In this document: positions 30,116 to 42,579 of the stretch, in pieces
How positions within the stretch are numbered: position 1 is the stretch's first letter
Layout: each line of letters opens with the position of its first letter
DNA from: a bacterium
Lineage (GTDB): Bacteria > Cyanobacteriota > Vampirovibrionia > Gastranaerophilales > JBAXKC01
Reading direction: 5' to 3'
DNA: 64,000 nt
NCBI GenBank assembly: GCA_037137535.1
Contig: JBAXKC010000004.1
Location: 1 to 64,000 of the forward strand
The notes under the pieces: model-generated
Seen by the model: the letters and a program-made list of their open reading frames with translations, nothing else
The model's database searches: none
What the model was told of the DNA's origin: nothing
Program-made: the position numbers and the translations under genes

Positions 30116-31720
30116 ATGAGCGAAGTAACCGTAAATAATAAAAAACTAAAGACACAAATTGATAAAATGTACCGCACAGGAAACGTTAATAATGCGATTG
30201 CATTATGTAAAGATGCTTTAAAGCTTCATCCTACTGATGCGGAATTGCACATTAAACTTGGTGATTTCTATTTAGAAAGCCACCTTGATGTTTATAAGGC
30301 AAAACAAACTATTGATGATGCAATTACAGAATATCAACGCGCGCATGAATGCGACCTTGATTCTCCTTTAATTCATTATAAAATCGGTGTAGCTCTTTAC
30401 CATAAAGGCGAATACGAAAAAGCATTGAGCCACTTTGCCCTATGTATTGAACATGACGAAAAAATGGCGGATGCTTATTTTATGGTGGCAAAATGTCATG
30501 TAAAAAAAGACAGATTTGCAGAAGCACAAGCTCAACTCAGAAAAGCAATCGAACTTGATAAAATTAAAGCCTCAAGAGCTTATTTCCTTTATTATGCTTT
30601 GTTGAAAAACAAAAGCGAAAAAGATATTAAAAAACACATTAAAGCCGCCGGCTATCTTTATCTTTCAATGATTACCCTTCCTTTTGATAAAGCAGCACGA
30701 AAAGAATTTACCAGAAAAATTTCATATTTAAAGTTTTTACCTTTTGTTATACACGCATATTATCTTGAAAAAACCAAAAGACATTACAAAGCGATTGAAC
30801 TTTATAATGTTGCCATAGAAAAAGCTCCGGGCTTTATGTATCTATATATTGCACTCGGTGATTTATACAGAATAACAGGTAAAACAAGCGATGCAATAAA
30901 CGAATACAGAATGGCATTATTAATTGACCCGTCTAATGTAAATGCGTATAAAGCACTTTGCTCTATATATGAAGAACAGGGTGATTATGACAATGCAATA
31001 GTAATATATCAAAAACTAATTGATATGCATTCAAATGATGCTGTTTATTACAGTAATCTTGCTAATATTTATTATTTAAAAGGCGAACTTAAAGAAGCTA
31101 TTTCCTGCTATCAGACAGCAATTACACTAAATCCGAATAAAGCATGGACAAGTGTTATTGCTCAAACTTTAGGTTATGTTCTTCAAGAAACAAAAGAAAA
31201 CTATGATGCGGCAATTTCTGCTTATCAGAGTGCATCCTTATTAAATCCAAGCGACATAGATATTTATGTCAGTTTAGGAAGTGCTTTTTACGATAAAGGT
31301 GATTATAACAATGCCTTATCTGCTTATAGAGTAGCTCTTGAAATTGACCCAACAAATGCCAGAATTCATTGTAATTTAGGCTATTTATTATGGGGCAAGG
31401 GACTTATCGAAGAATCAATAAAGCAATATGAAATAGCCATAAGTTTAGATCCTAGCTACGACATCGTTTACAACAATCTCGGGGTAATTTATCTCGATGA
31501 TTTAGGCAGAATTCAAAAAGCAATTGAACTCTTTGAAGAAGCCATTAAATATAATCCAAACTATGCTCTTGCTTACTACAACATTGGAAGATCAATGAGC
31601 ATGAAAGGCGATAAAATTGAAGCTGCTAAATATTATCAGACAGCTCTTGATTTGAATTCACTAACAAATGAACTTGATCCTAAAGAAGTAAAAGCTAAGA
31701 TTGACGGATTGTTCGATTAG
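30116..31720 (+). CDS. Tetratricopeptide repeat protein
   Basis: Many 34-aa TPR units (e.g. YYSNLANIYYLKGELKEAISCYQTAITLNP). Confidence 0.9.
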   Translation: MSEVTVNNKKLKTQIDKMYRTGNVNNAIALCKDALKLHPTDAELHIKLGDFYLESHLDVYKAKQTIDDAITEYQRAHECDLDSPLIHYKIGVALYHKGEYEKALSHFALCIEHDEKMADAYFMVAKCHVKKDRFAEAQAQLRKAIELDKIKASRAYFLYYALLKNKSEKDIKKHIKAAGYLYLSMITLPFDKAARKEFTRKISYLKFLPFVIHAYYLEKTKRHYKAIELYNVAIEKAPGFMYLYIALGDLYRITGKTSDAINEYRMALLIDPSNVNAYKALCSIYEEQGDYDNAIVIYQKLIDMHSNDAVYYSNLANIYYLKGELKEAISCYQTAITLNPNKAWTSVIAQTLGYVLQETKENYDAAISAYQSASLLNPSDIDIYVSLGSAFYDKGDYNNALSAYRVALEIDPTNARIHCNLGYLLWGKGLIEESIKQYEIAISLDPSYDIVYNNLGVIYLDDLGRIQKAIELFEEAIKYNPNYALAYYNIGRSMSMKGDKIEAAKYYQTALDLNSLTNELDPKEVKAKIDGLFD

Positions 31721-31805
31721 ACACTAATTCGAACAAAACAATTGATAAATTATAATTTCAAAATTATATATAAAAAACTAAGGCAATTATCAAAATTAAG
31801 TTAAA

Positions 31806-34427
31806 TTAATCTTCTTCTTTAAAAAACAATGACAATTGAGGAACATCAACTTCAAGAGCTTCTGACTTTTTTCTGATGCCTAATTTTGCGGTGTAATCTT
31901 TTTGCATTTTATTCATTAAATTTTGAGCTCTGCTGATTACTGAATTAGGAAGCCCTGCCATTTTTGCAACCTGAATACCATAACTTCTGCTTGTTCCACC
32001 TTGCACAACTCTATGCAAGAACTCTACATGTCCATCTTTTTCTGTTACTAAAATTTTATAATTTTCGATTTGCTTATATTTTTCATGCATGACATTAAGC
32101 TCGTGGTAATGAGTTGCAAAAATTGTTCTTGCTCCAATATTCTCGGTTATATGCTCAGATACACTCCAAGCAATTGCAACACCATCATAAGTGCTTGTTC
32201 CACGACCTATTTCATCTAAAATAATAAAACTTCTTTCTGTTGCAGAATTTAAAATCAACGCTGTTTCATTCATCTCAACCATAAAAGTAGATTGTCCCGT
32301 GGAAAGATCATCAACTGCACCTACACGAGTAAAAATTTTATCTACAATCCCTATTTTAGCTCTTTTTGCTGGAACAAAACTTCCTATTTGCGCAAGAATA
32401 ACGATTAAAGCATTTTGTCTCATATATGTAGACTTACCAGACATATTCGGCCCTGTAAGAATCATAAATTGAGCAGGTTTTATTTCTTCAATCTCAGCAG
32501 GTATTTCATACTTATCACCTGAAAGATGAATACTGTTCGGAGTATATTCTCCCATTGAAACAAGTTGCTCAATAACAGGATGACGGCCGTCTTCAACTAT
32601 CAAATCAAGCGAATTATTAATTTCAGGCATCACATAATCATATTCCTTTGCAACATTAGCAAAAGAAAGTAAAACATCAAGCACGGCAATAGATTTTGCA
32701 ATTTGCATAAGTTTAGGGACAAACTCATTTGCATATTCTCTTAAATTTATGAAAATATTATATTCTAAATCTGTAGATTTGCTCTCAGAAGATAATACCT
32801 CTGTTTCATGCTGTTTAAGCTCTTGTGTAATATACCTTTCAGCATTTGTAAGAGTTTGTTTTCTAATATATCTATCAGGAACAAGGTTTATATTAGAATT
32901 TGTAATTTCTATAAAATAACCAAACGTCCTACTAAAGCCGATTTTTAAGGTTTTAATTCCTGACTTTTCACGCTCCTCGATTTCAAATCGTTCAAGCCAT
33001 TCTTTTCCGCCATTTAACAGACCTCTGTAATAATCTAGGTCTTTACTTACTCCAGCTTTAATTATATTTCCATCTTTTAAGGAAATTGGAGTCGTTTCAA
33101 GTATGGTTTGATCAATAATATTTGCAAATTGAACAAGCTCTTCCTGTATTTCAGAAAAGACCGAAAGATAAGGAGAACGTGCATTATAAAGCAGTCTGCT
33201 GAATTCGGGTAAAACAAACAACGATTGTTTAAGCGACAGAAAATCTCTAGGATTTGCCGAATTATTACTGATTTTCATAGAAAGACGTTCAATATCATAA
33301 ACTTTTTTCAGTAAAGAAGTTAATTCACGTCTTGTTTCGCTATCCTGTAAAAGCTCATCAACGGTTGTATATCTCGAACTAATTTCTTCAATATCTTTTA
33401 ATGGCTGTAATACCCATTTCCTAAGCAATCTAGCACCCATATTAGTACAAGTTTTATCAATTGCCCATAAGAGAGAACCTTTAAAATTATTATCTCTAAC
33501 TGTTTGAACAAGCTCAAGATTTCTTTGAGTGGTTGAATCCATGGAAACAAACTCATTAAGCGAATAAGATGCAATAACATCAAATTTAGGCATATTCTCA
33601 AGCTGGGTTTCTTCAAGATATTCAAGAATAGCTCCCGCCGCTCTCACTCCAATTTGATTATCCGCCAGCCCAAAAGATTCAAGTGAACCAATTTTAAAAT
33701 AGGTTTTAATCTGAATTACTGCATTATCAAACTCAAAAGAATTAGCTTTTCTTTTTGTGCAACAATAATTTTTCTTAATAACATCGGGTAAATCAACCGT
33801 TTCCTCCGGAACTACCTGAAAAGATTGGATTTCTAATTTTTTAATTGGAGCAATTATTTCAGACGGAGAAATTCTGTTAAGCTCCGCAATAAGTTCAATA
33901 AGACTTGCTCTTGTTACCCTGAATTCGCCTGTTGAAACATCAATATAAGCTAATCCGTAATAATCACTGTTTTTTTCTTTAATTAAAGCAGCAAGATAAT
34001 TGTTTTTATTAGAATCCAATAGAGCACTTTCTGTAAGAGTTCCTGCTGTAATAGTTTTAACTACTTTTCTTTCTACTAATCCTTTTGATTCAGAAGGATC
34101 TTCGACTTGTTCACAAATAGCAACTTTATGTCCTTTTTGCAGTAGTCTTTGAATATAATTATCAGACGATTTAACAGGGACGCCCGCCATGGCTATTCTG
34201 CCAATTCTGCCTGCTTCACGGCTTGTTAAAGTAATCTCAAGATCCCTTGAAGCAACAATTGCATCCTCAAGAAAAGTTTCATAAAAATCGCCCATTCTAT
34301 AAAATAGAATAACATCACGATAGTTCTTTTTTATTTCCATAAATTGCCTGAGCATAGGCGTAGCGTCATCAATATTAATATTGAGACTCGTATGATTATA
34401 AATATCTTCTCTTAAATTATCTTGCAT
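31806..34427 (-). CDS. mutS: DNA mismatch repair protein MutS
   Basis: TPM..Q, RMGDFYE, GPNMSGKST, STFMVEM, DEIGRGT, ATHYHE; C-terminal QLSLF clamp motif. Confidence 0.97.
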   Translation of the reverse strand: MQDNLREDIYNHTSLNINIDDATPMLRQFMEIKKNYRDVILFYRMGDFYETFLEDAIVASRDLEITLTSREAGRIGRIAMAGVPVKSSDNYIQRLLQKGHKVAICEQVEDPSESKGLVERKVVKTITAGTLTESALLDSNKNNYLAALIKEKNSDYYGLAYIDVSTGEFRVTRASLIELIAELNRISPSEIIAPIKKLEIQSFQVVPEETVDLPDVIKKNYCCTKRKANSFEFDNAVIQIKTYFKIGSLESFGLADNQIGVRAAGAILEYLEETQLENMPKFDVIASYSLNEFVSMDSTTQRNLELVQTVRDNNFKGSLLWAIDKTCTNMGARLLRKWVLQPLKDIEEISSRYTTVDELLQDSETRRELTSLLKKVYDIERLSMKISNNSANPRDFLSLKQSLFVLPEFSRLLYNARSPYLSVFSEIQEELVQFANIIDQTILETTPISLKDGNIIKAGVSKDLDYYRGLLNGGKEWLERFEIEEREKSGIKTLKIGFSRTFGYFIEITNSNINLVPDRYIRKQTLTNAERYITQELKQHETEVLSSESKSTDLEYNIFINLREYANEFVPKLMQIAKSIAVLDVLLSFANVAKEYDYVMPEINNSLDLIVEDGRHPVIEQLVSMGEYTPNSIHLSGDKYEIPAEIEEIKPAQFMILTGPNMSGKSTYMRQNALIVILAQIGSFVPAKRAKIGIVDKIFTRVGAVDDLSTGQSTFMVEMNETALILNSATERSFIILDEIGRGTSTYDGVAIAWSVSEHITENIGARTIFATHYHELNVMHEKYKQIENYKILVTEKDGHVEFLHRVVQGGTSRSYGIQVAKMAGLPNSVISRAQNLMNKMQKDYTAKLGIRKKSEALEVDVPQLSLFFKEED

Positions 34428-34531
34428 TTTAAAAAGTTTATTTTTATTTTAATTTCTGTTACATATACTATTAAGACATATTATCACGATAAGACCTGTT
34501 TGGAAATTAATAATAAGATTTTTAAACATAA

Positions 34532-35182
34532 ATGGAGTTAAACTCACAAATGAAAGGCTGCTTTTTTAGCATAATAAAACTCATATTTTCTATAGCAATA
34601 GGCTTTTTTGCTGTTTTATTCTTTGTTTTTGGCGGTTTTGACTATGTAAAAGGATTATTCTCTCCAAATCAATACATAAATAATTCAACAGAGATGAATA
34701 AGGCAATGAAAATAGCTGATTTTTCTAAAATAAGTAAAGATTTTCAGATAGTAAAAACAGTAGATATGATTGGTGCAAATGCTGTTATTGCAAATTATAA
34801 ACCTACAGGTCAAAAAATAGGCTTTATTAATACAGGATTGCTTTTAAATCTGACTAAAAATGACCTGAAATCAGCAACAATAGAACAACAGCTGACAAAT
34901 ATAGGGAAAAGCTATGAGAATAATGTTATAAAATTAGAAAAACTCGCAGTTACACATAAAGGATCATTTAATGGATTAAATCAACAAATCCCTTATGTGA
35001 AAGTTGCAATGAAAGTAAAATTACCTGCAGGCTTAGACTTATCACAAAATACAGAAGGTATAATAGGAATAGCAACCAGCCCAAAAGGGCAAAACAATAT
35101 TATATTAGCTATAAACAAATATGGGCAATATAATCAGGCAATAACAGAAAAATTTACACATGAATTAAAATACAATAAATAG
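34532..35182 (+). CDS. Hypothetical membrane-anchored protein
   Basis: 216 aa, N-terminal hydrophobic anchor after MKGC. Confidence 0.65.
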   Translation: MELNSQMKGCFFSIIKLIFSIAIGFFAVLFFVFGGFDYVKGLFSPNQYINNSTEMNKAMKIADFSKISKDFQIVKTVDMIGANAVIANYKPTGQKIGFINTGLLLNLTKNDLKSATIEQQLTNIGKSYENNVIKLEKLAVTHKGSFNGLNQQIPYVKVAMKVKLPAGLDLSQNTEGIIGIATSPKGQNNIILAINKYGQYNQAITEKFTHELKYNK

Positions 35183-35281
35183 AGGAAATTTTTATAATAT
35201 TAGCGAACTGAACAAATAAATGCTTGAAATTTAAGTAAACAACAGTAATCATGAATAAGAACAGTTTAAGGAGAAGAAACA

Positions 35282-36238
35282 ATAATTTCATCTGATACAA
35301 AAAATAATACCTTTAATCACTACCCTGTAATGCTCCCCGAGGCCTTAGAATACCTAAACCTAAGAAGTGGCCTGATTTATGCTGATGGAACACTTGGAGG
35401 AGCAGGACATAGTAGCGAAATAGTAAAAAGAATTTTGCCTGACGGCAGATTAATTGGCTTTGACTTAGACTTAGAAGCCATAGCCTATGCAACACAAAAA
35501 CTTGAACAATATAAAAATAATGTAACAATTGTAAATGAAAATTATTGTAACATTCAAAACACCTTAAATAATCTTAATATAACAGAAGTAACAGGAGGTG
35601 TATTATTAGACCTAGGAGCTTCATATCACCAGCTTACAAAGGGTGAGAGAGGTTTTTCATTTAGCAAAGATGCACCTTTAGATATGAGGTTTTCTCAAAA
35701 AGCTGAATTTTCAGCCTATGACGTAATAAATTCATATCCAGAATCAGAATTGGTAAGGATTTTCAGCGAATATGGAGAAGAACGTTACTCAAAACGAATA
35801 GCAAAAAAAATCATTGATAAACGTAGAATTTCAGCCATAAAAACGACTAAAGAACTAGCCAGCACAGTCATTGAAGCAACACCTAGCTATAATAGCAAAA
35901 TACATCCTGCAACCAGAGTCTTTCAAGCTATCAGAATCGAAGTAAACAAAGAGTTTGAGAATATCGAAAAAGCCATAAAACAGACTATTCCAATATTAGC
36001 AAAAGATGCAACTTTTGTAATAATAAGTTTTCATTCACTTGAAGACAGACTTGTCAAAAACCTATTTAAGTATTACAGTTCTAAATGTAACTGTTCAAAA
36101 GAACAATTGATTTGCAAATGTCCACCGCCATCACTTGAAGTGATAACTAGAAAACCAATTCAAGCAAGTGACAATGAAACAAAGCAAAATCCACCTTCAA
36201 GAAGCGCAAAACTCAGGGCAGCAAGAAAAATTAACTAA
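35282..36238 (+). CDS. rsmH: 16S rRNA m4C1402 methyltransferase (probable non-canonical start upstream of the ATG at 35330)
   Basis: DGTLGGAGHS, DLGAS, PLDMR, HPATRVFQAIRIEVN, SFHSLEDR, SRSAKLR; conserved H.PV lies in frame upstream of the first ATG. Confidence 0.93.
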   Translation: MISSDTKNNTFNHYPVMLPEALEYLNLRSGLIYADGTLGGAGHSSEIVKRILPDGRLIGFDLDLEAIAYATQKLEQYKNNVTIVNENYCNIQNTLNNLNITEVTGGVLLDLGASYHQLTKGERGFSFSKDAPLDMRFSQKAEFSAYDVINSYPESELVRIFSEYGEERYSKRIAKKIIDKRRISAIKTTKELASTVIEATPSYNSKIHPATRVFQAIRIEVNKEFENIEKAIKQTIPILAKDATFVIISFHSLEDRLVKNLFKYYSSKCNCSKEQLICKCPPPSLEVITRKPIQASDNETKQNPPSRSAKLRAARKIN

Positions 36239-36253
36239 ATCGGAGTAGAATCG

Positions 36254-36688
36254 ATGGTTTCATCATTAAAAACAGCTCAAAATAAAAAAATAAAACAGAC
36301 ATATAGCCAAAATCCTATGATAAAAGGAGAATTTCCTTCTTATGAAAACAATCTTGGCGAATTATCAATACTAAATCTCAATAGAGTTCTTGGTGCTTCT
36401 CTTTTTATTGCGATTCTTGTTTCTATGGTGAGCTATTTCCTTGTTGTTGCACAAGAAAATTCAATTATAACTGTGCATAAAGACACAAATGAATTGAACA
36501 TGGAAAATATCGAGCTTCAAAATAAAGTTGAACAAGCTAAATCTTATTACAATATTAACTATAAAGTTTCAAAAGTAAATTTTCTTAAAAAACCGGACAA
36601 AATTATGGAAGTAAATGCTATAGCAAGCGTTCCTGAGAAGAAAAAAGCGATTGAAAGGTTAGAAGTCAAACCAGTTTCAGGTTTCTAA
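36254..36688 (+). CDS. FtsL-like cell division protein
   Basis: Single TM plus coiled coil, located between rsmH and ftsI. Confidence 0.55.
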   Translation: MVSSLKTAQNKKIKQTYSQNPMIKGEFPSYENNLGELSILNLNRVLGASLFIAILVSMVSYFLVVAQENSIITVHKDTNELNMENIELQNKVEQAKSYYNINYKVSKVNFLKKPDKIMEVNAIASVPEKKKAIERLEVKPVSGF

Positions 36689-36689
36689 A

Positions 36690-38426
36690 ATGAATTTATT
36701 CAAACTCCGTCCTAAAAAATACACTTTTTCAGTTTTTGTTGTCAGAGCATTATTTCTATTATTTGCCGGCGCTATAATTATACAATTGGTTAAATTACAA
36801 GTATTTCAACATCATGAGTTAATGGACAAAGCTCAAAGATGGAGACAACCGCTTCATTCTTTTAACTTTCGCGGCGAAATCGTTGACCGAAAAGGAATAA
36901 GATTAGCCGCTGATAAAACATTGTATGATATTTATGCACACCCCTCATACTTTGAGAACACTCCTAAAAAAATGGCTGCAAAACTTGCACCGCTATTAAA
37001 AGTACCTGAAAGCGTTTTACTTGAAAAACTTGCTAAAACAGACGTTTCAACAATAACTCTTGCAAAAGATATCGACAGAGATACAGAATTACAAATATGC
37101 AAACTTAAATTAAAAGGACTTGATCCTGTAAAAAAAAGCGAAAGAGTATATCCTCAAGGAAATCTTGCTTCGCATATTTTAGGTTATGTTAATTTTGATG
37201 CTAACTTATTTGCAGGAGTAGAAAGCACCGCAAAAGACAAACTCCAGGCGACACCTAAAGTAAAGCCTATTGAATATGACGGAAGAGGCGGAGTTATTTA
37301 CGATACCTCTACTGATCCCGCAACAGCAACCCAACCCCTGACAGGAAAAAAGATAACTCTTACGATTGACTCTGAAATTCAACATATAGCTGAAACTGAA
37401 TTGGCTAAAATGGTGACTAAATCACATGCCAAAAGAGGAACAGTTATAGTAATGAATCCTAAAAATGGAGAAATCTTAGGATTTGCTGTTTTACCGACTT
37501 ATAATCCAAACCAATATAATAAAGTAAGTCAACAAGTAGTAAAAAACTGGGTTTTAAGTGATGTTTACCCTCCCGGATCAACCTTTAAAATACTGACTAT
37601 AGCCTGCGGATTAGAATCAGGAGCTATAAATGAATATGAAAAAATATTAGACACAGGAAAAATAAAAATTGACGGATGGCCGATACAAAACTATGACTAT
37701 GGGAAACATGGTGCACCCGGAATAATTGATTTAAAATATTTATTTGTACACAGTAGCAACGTAGCAAGTCTTAAAGTTGCATTAAAAATACCTAAAACAA
37801 CTTATTATAACTTACTAAAAAAGTTTGGAATGGGTCATACAACAGGTATCGACTTACCAGGCGAATCAAGAGGAATTATTCCTCCGCCTTCTGAATGGTC
37901 AAGATCTACACAAGCAACCATGGGATTTGGGTATAGCCTTGCATCAACACCAATACAAGTAGCAGCGGCAGTGGCCGCCATTGCAAATGGTGGGATATGG
38001 ACAACACCGCATGTTATTAAATACACGCCTGAAGAAGCCACAAAAAGAATTAAAACACGTCGTGTTATTTCAGAAATAACTGCACAAAAGCTAACTCATA
38101 TTCTTGCTCAAAGTATTGAAGCCTCAGATGCTAAAGCAGGCAAGATACCTAATTTTAATGTTGCGGGAAAAACAGGAACTTCAAGAAAACCTAATCCCAA
38201 TGGTCCAGGTTATATACCAAACTCAGTATTTACTTCATTTGTTGGATATTTCCCTGTCAAAGACCCTCAAGTGCTTATGATGGTAGTTGTTGATGACCCT
38301 AAAGGGGCTGAAGTATGGGGAAGTACAATTGCAGGCCCTATCTTTAACTCAATAGCAACTGAAGTTTGTAGAATTTTAAATCTTGAACCTGACGCACCGG
38401 GTAAATACACAAAGAAAGGGGAGTAA
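36690..38426 (+). CDS. ftsI: Class B penicillin-binding protein (FtsI/PBP2 type)
   Basis: RGEIVDR, RVYP.G, STFK, SSN, KTG motifs; dcw context. Confidence 0.88.
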   Translation: MNLFKLRPKKYTFSVFVVRALFLLFAGAIIIQLVKLQVFQHHELMDKAQRWRQPLHSFNFRGEIVDRKGIRLAADKTLYDIYAHPSYFENTPKKMAAKLAPLLKVPESVLLEKLAKTDVSTITLAKDIDRDTELQICKLKLKGLDPVKKSERVYPQGNLASHILGYVNFDANLFAGVESTAKDKLQATPKVKPIEYDGRGGVIYDTSTDPATATQPLTGKKITLTIDSEIQHIAETELAKMVTKSHAKRGTVIVMNPKNGEILGFAVLPTYNPNQYNKVSQQVVKNWVLSDVYPPGSTFKILTIACGLESGAINEYEKILDTGKIKIDGWPIQNYDYGKHGAPGIIDLKYLFVHSSNVASLKVALKIPKTTYYNLLKKFGMGHTTGIDLPGESRGIIPPPSEWSRSTQATMGFGYSLASTPIQVAAAVAAIANGGIWTTPHVIKYTPEEATKRIKTRRVISEITAQKLTHILAQSIEASDAKAGKIPNFNVAGKTGTSRKPNPNGPGYIPNSVFTSFVGYFPVKDPQVLMMVVVDDPKGAEVWGSTIAGPIFNSIATEVCRILNLEPDAPGKYTKKGE

Positions 38427-38427
38427 T

Positions 38428-39942
38428 TTGTTAAATTTAACTGATTTTATTGAATATATAAAACCTGAGAAACTGTTAAATGTTGCTAATCCTGAAAAAA
38501 TTGAAATAAAAGGAATCTCCTATAATTCTAAAACAGTTAGAGAAGGAGAAATCTTTGTTTGCCTTGTTGGAGAGAAAAGTGACGGTCATAATTTTGCTAA
38601 AATGGCAGAAGATAAAGGCGCATCAGCTATCATTGCTCAAAAATCTATCGAAACAGACCTACCTGTATTAATAGTTAAAAATACTCAAATTGCCCTATCA
38701 CAAGCTAGTAAAGTCTTTTACAACTTCCCCTCTTCAAAAATGCGAATTATAGGAGTAACAGGAACTAACGGCAAAACAACAGTCACTCATCTGATACAAA
38801 ATATTATTGAAAAAGCAGGAAAGCCTTGTGGTCTTATAGGAACTCTTGGTTATAGATATTCATCAAAAGATAGTTATATTTCAACAAACCATACAACTCC
38901 TCAAGCTCCCGAGCTTTTAAAAATGCTTGACGATATGCATTCTAACGGAACTGTTTATGCAGCGATGGAAGTCAGCTCTCATTCGCTGGAACAACACAGA
39001 GTTGGCGGATGTAGCTATATATCAGGAGTTTTAACCAATTTAACACAAGATCACCTTGATTATCACATAACAATGGATAACTATTTCAAAGCTAAAGCTA
39101 AATTATTTGAATCATTAGCAGAAACTAAAGCTGAAAATAAATATGCAGTAATAAATCTTGACGATGAAAGTGGTGAAAGGTTTGTTAGCTCTGTTCCTAA
39201 TGGAATTAAAATAATAACCTATTCAATCAAAGCTCAAGCTGATGTTAAAGCTTCTAACATAATATTTTCAACAACAGGATCAAGTTTTGACTGCATCACT
39301 CCTGTTGGCAATGCTAGAATCAATCTTAAAATGTCAGGAACATTCAGCGTTTATAACGCACTGGCTGCTCTTTGCACAGGTCTTTGTGAAGGAATTGCAC
39401 TTGATGTATGCATTAAAGCATTAGAAGAGACTAAAAGCGTTGCAGGTAGATTTGAAACCGTTATCACAACTCCATTAACAATAGTTGATTATGCACATAC
39501 TCCTGACGGACTTGAAAATGTTCTTAATGCGGCAAGAAAAATAGTGCCCGAAGGTGGGCAATTAATCTGTTTATTTGGTTGCGGCGGGGACAGGGATACG
39601 ACAAAACGTCCTAAAATGGGCAAAATAGCTGAAGATTTATCAGATAAAGTTATCATAACTTCTGATAACCCCAGAACAGAAGACCCACAACAAATTTTAA
39701 CGGATATATTAAGCGGAATAAAATCGTTAAACTCTGATAAAATAATGGTAGAGCCTGACAGAAAACTTGCGATTGAGCTAGCTATGAAAATAGCTAAGGA
39801 CAATGATATTATAATGATTGCAGGTAAAGGCCATGAAGATTACCAAATCTTAAAAGACAAGACAATACATTTTGATGATAGAGAAGAAGCGGCGTTAGCG
39901 TATGAAAAAATTAGAAAAAATATCGTGTCTGAAACTGTTTAA
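38428..39942 (+). CDS. murE: UDP-MurNAc-tripeptide synthetase
   Basis: GVTGTNGKTT, MEVSSH, DHLDYH, DYAHTP, DNPR, AGKGHE; TTG start at 38428 after GGGGAG. Confidence 0.95.
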   Translation: MLNLTDFIEYIKPEKLLNVANPEKIEIKGISYNSKTVREGEIFVCLVGEKSDGHNFAKMAEDKGASAIIAQKSIETDLPVLIVKNTQIALSQASKVFYNFPSSKMRIIGVTGTNGKTTVTHLIQNIIEKAGKPCGLIGTLGYRYSSKDSYISTNHTTPQAPELLKMLDDMHSNGTVYAAMEVSSHSLEQHRVGGCSYISGVLTNLTQDHLDYHITMDNYFKAKAKLFESLAETKAENKYAVINLDDESGERFVSSVPNGIKIITYSIKAQADVKASNIIFSTTGSSFDCITPVGNARINLKMSGTFSVYNALAALCTGLCEGIALDVCIKALEETKSVAGRFETVITTPLTIVDYAHTPDGLENVLNAARKIVPEGGQLICLFGCGGDRDTTKRPKMGKIAEDLSDKVIITSDNPRTEDPQQILTDILSGIKSLNSDKIMVEPDRKLAIELAMKIAKDNDIIMIAGKGHEDYQILKDKTIHFDDREEAALAYEKIRKNIVSETV

Positions 39943-40537
39943 ACAGGCCCTTGCATCCTTTTATATCGGACTATTTATTTGTAATAGCTGTTTAGCCCAA
40001 GAATCAATAAAAGGAATTAAACTCTATGCCCATAATGCAGATAAGGGACTTGTTTCAACAGAGATTGACTCAAGAATTACTAAAAAATATAACGTAGTTC
40101 AATTAGAAGTTCAAAACAAGACAAATAATTTAGTTTATTTGCCGTCAACTGCATACTTTACAACTACAAACGGAGAAAAACATTCAATAGATCAACCTCA
40201 AGTTGTATACAAAAAGGTTAAAAAGCACAATTTGAGAAAAGCAACACTTATATTTGCTCCTATGACAATTTTGTCGTTTGGAATGCTTATTATACCTGCT
40301 ATGGCTCTATCTAGCGTTGCTTATGTATGCGGTGGAGATGATAACAAAAAAATTCAAGCAACCATTCAAAAAAGCACTTACAAGGCATTAGCCATTCCCG
40401 ATAAAAACACCTATCAAGTATATTTTTTAATTCCTAAAAAATATTCAAATCCTGAAAAAATCATTCTTGAAAATATAACAACTGAAAATACTGAACCTTT
40501 TAATCTGGAAACAACTATTGAACAAGAGGGTATTTAA
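39902..40537 (+). CDS. Hypothetical exported/membrane protein
   Basis: Signal-peptide-like N-terminus and an internal hydrophobic segment. Confidence 0.6.
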   Translation: MKKLEKISCLKLFKQALASFYIGLFICNSCLAQESIKGIKLYAHNADKGLVSTEIDSRITKKYNVVQLEVQNKTNNLVYLPSTAYFTTTNGEKHSIDQPQVVYKKVKKHNLRKATLIFAPMTILSFGMLIIPAMALSSVAYVCGGDDNKKIQATIQKSTYKALAIPDKNTYQVYFLIPKKYSNPEKIILENITTENTEPFNLETTIEQEGI

Positions 40538-40998
40538 TTTTGCAGTTTTAGTTTATTTATTAAATTCACAAGTAGTCATGGCTGAAGAAGTATTATTAGA
40601 AACAGGGACAAGAATTACACTAAGATTAACCAATCCTGTTGATGAAGATATAAAAGTCGAGTATATTACTGTTATAAAAGAAGCTTCACCTACTTATGGA
40701 CTTGTAAATGAAGCTCTACCTGCATGATGCTGAGGTATATTTCTATAAGTTTAGATTATGTAAAAGCCCTTAACGGAAAGAAAATAGCCTTAACAAATAC
40801 TTATTCCAAAAAGGCATAGATAAAAGAGTTACGGAAATAGTTCCAAGTTTTATATGTCCTGTCTTTCTTTTAATAAAAGTAACTGATGCAAAATTACCCA
40901 AAGGATATAAAGTCATTGTGAGAATTGATCGTGATGTGTTCTTAGATATTGCCGAGAACATTATTCTTCCTGTAAAACAAGTCAAGACTTCGTTTTAG
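40518..40998 (+). pseudogene. Degraded gene for an exported protein
   Basis: Signal-peptide ORF stops at 40727; protein-like text resumes in other frames (LDYVKALNGKKIAL; then ...SFICPVFLLIKVTDAKLPKG...) to a TAG at 40998. Confidence 0.55.
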
Positions 40999-41100
40999 TT
41001 CACCCTATTATAAACTTATAGCCCGAACTCTTTGCAAATCTAATTTTTTTGAACGAAAAATTTTACTACTACTGGATAAAAGAAAAATTTAATCATATAA

Positions 41101-42576
<1,476 letters not shown>

Positions 42577-42579
42577 TCT

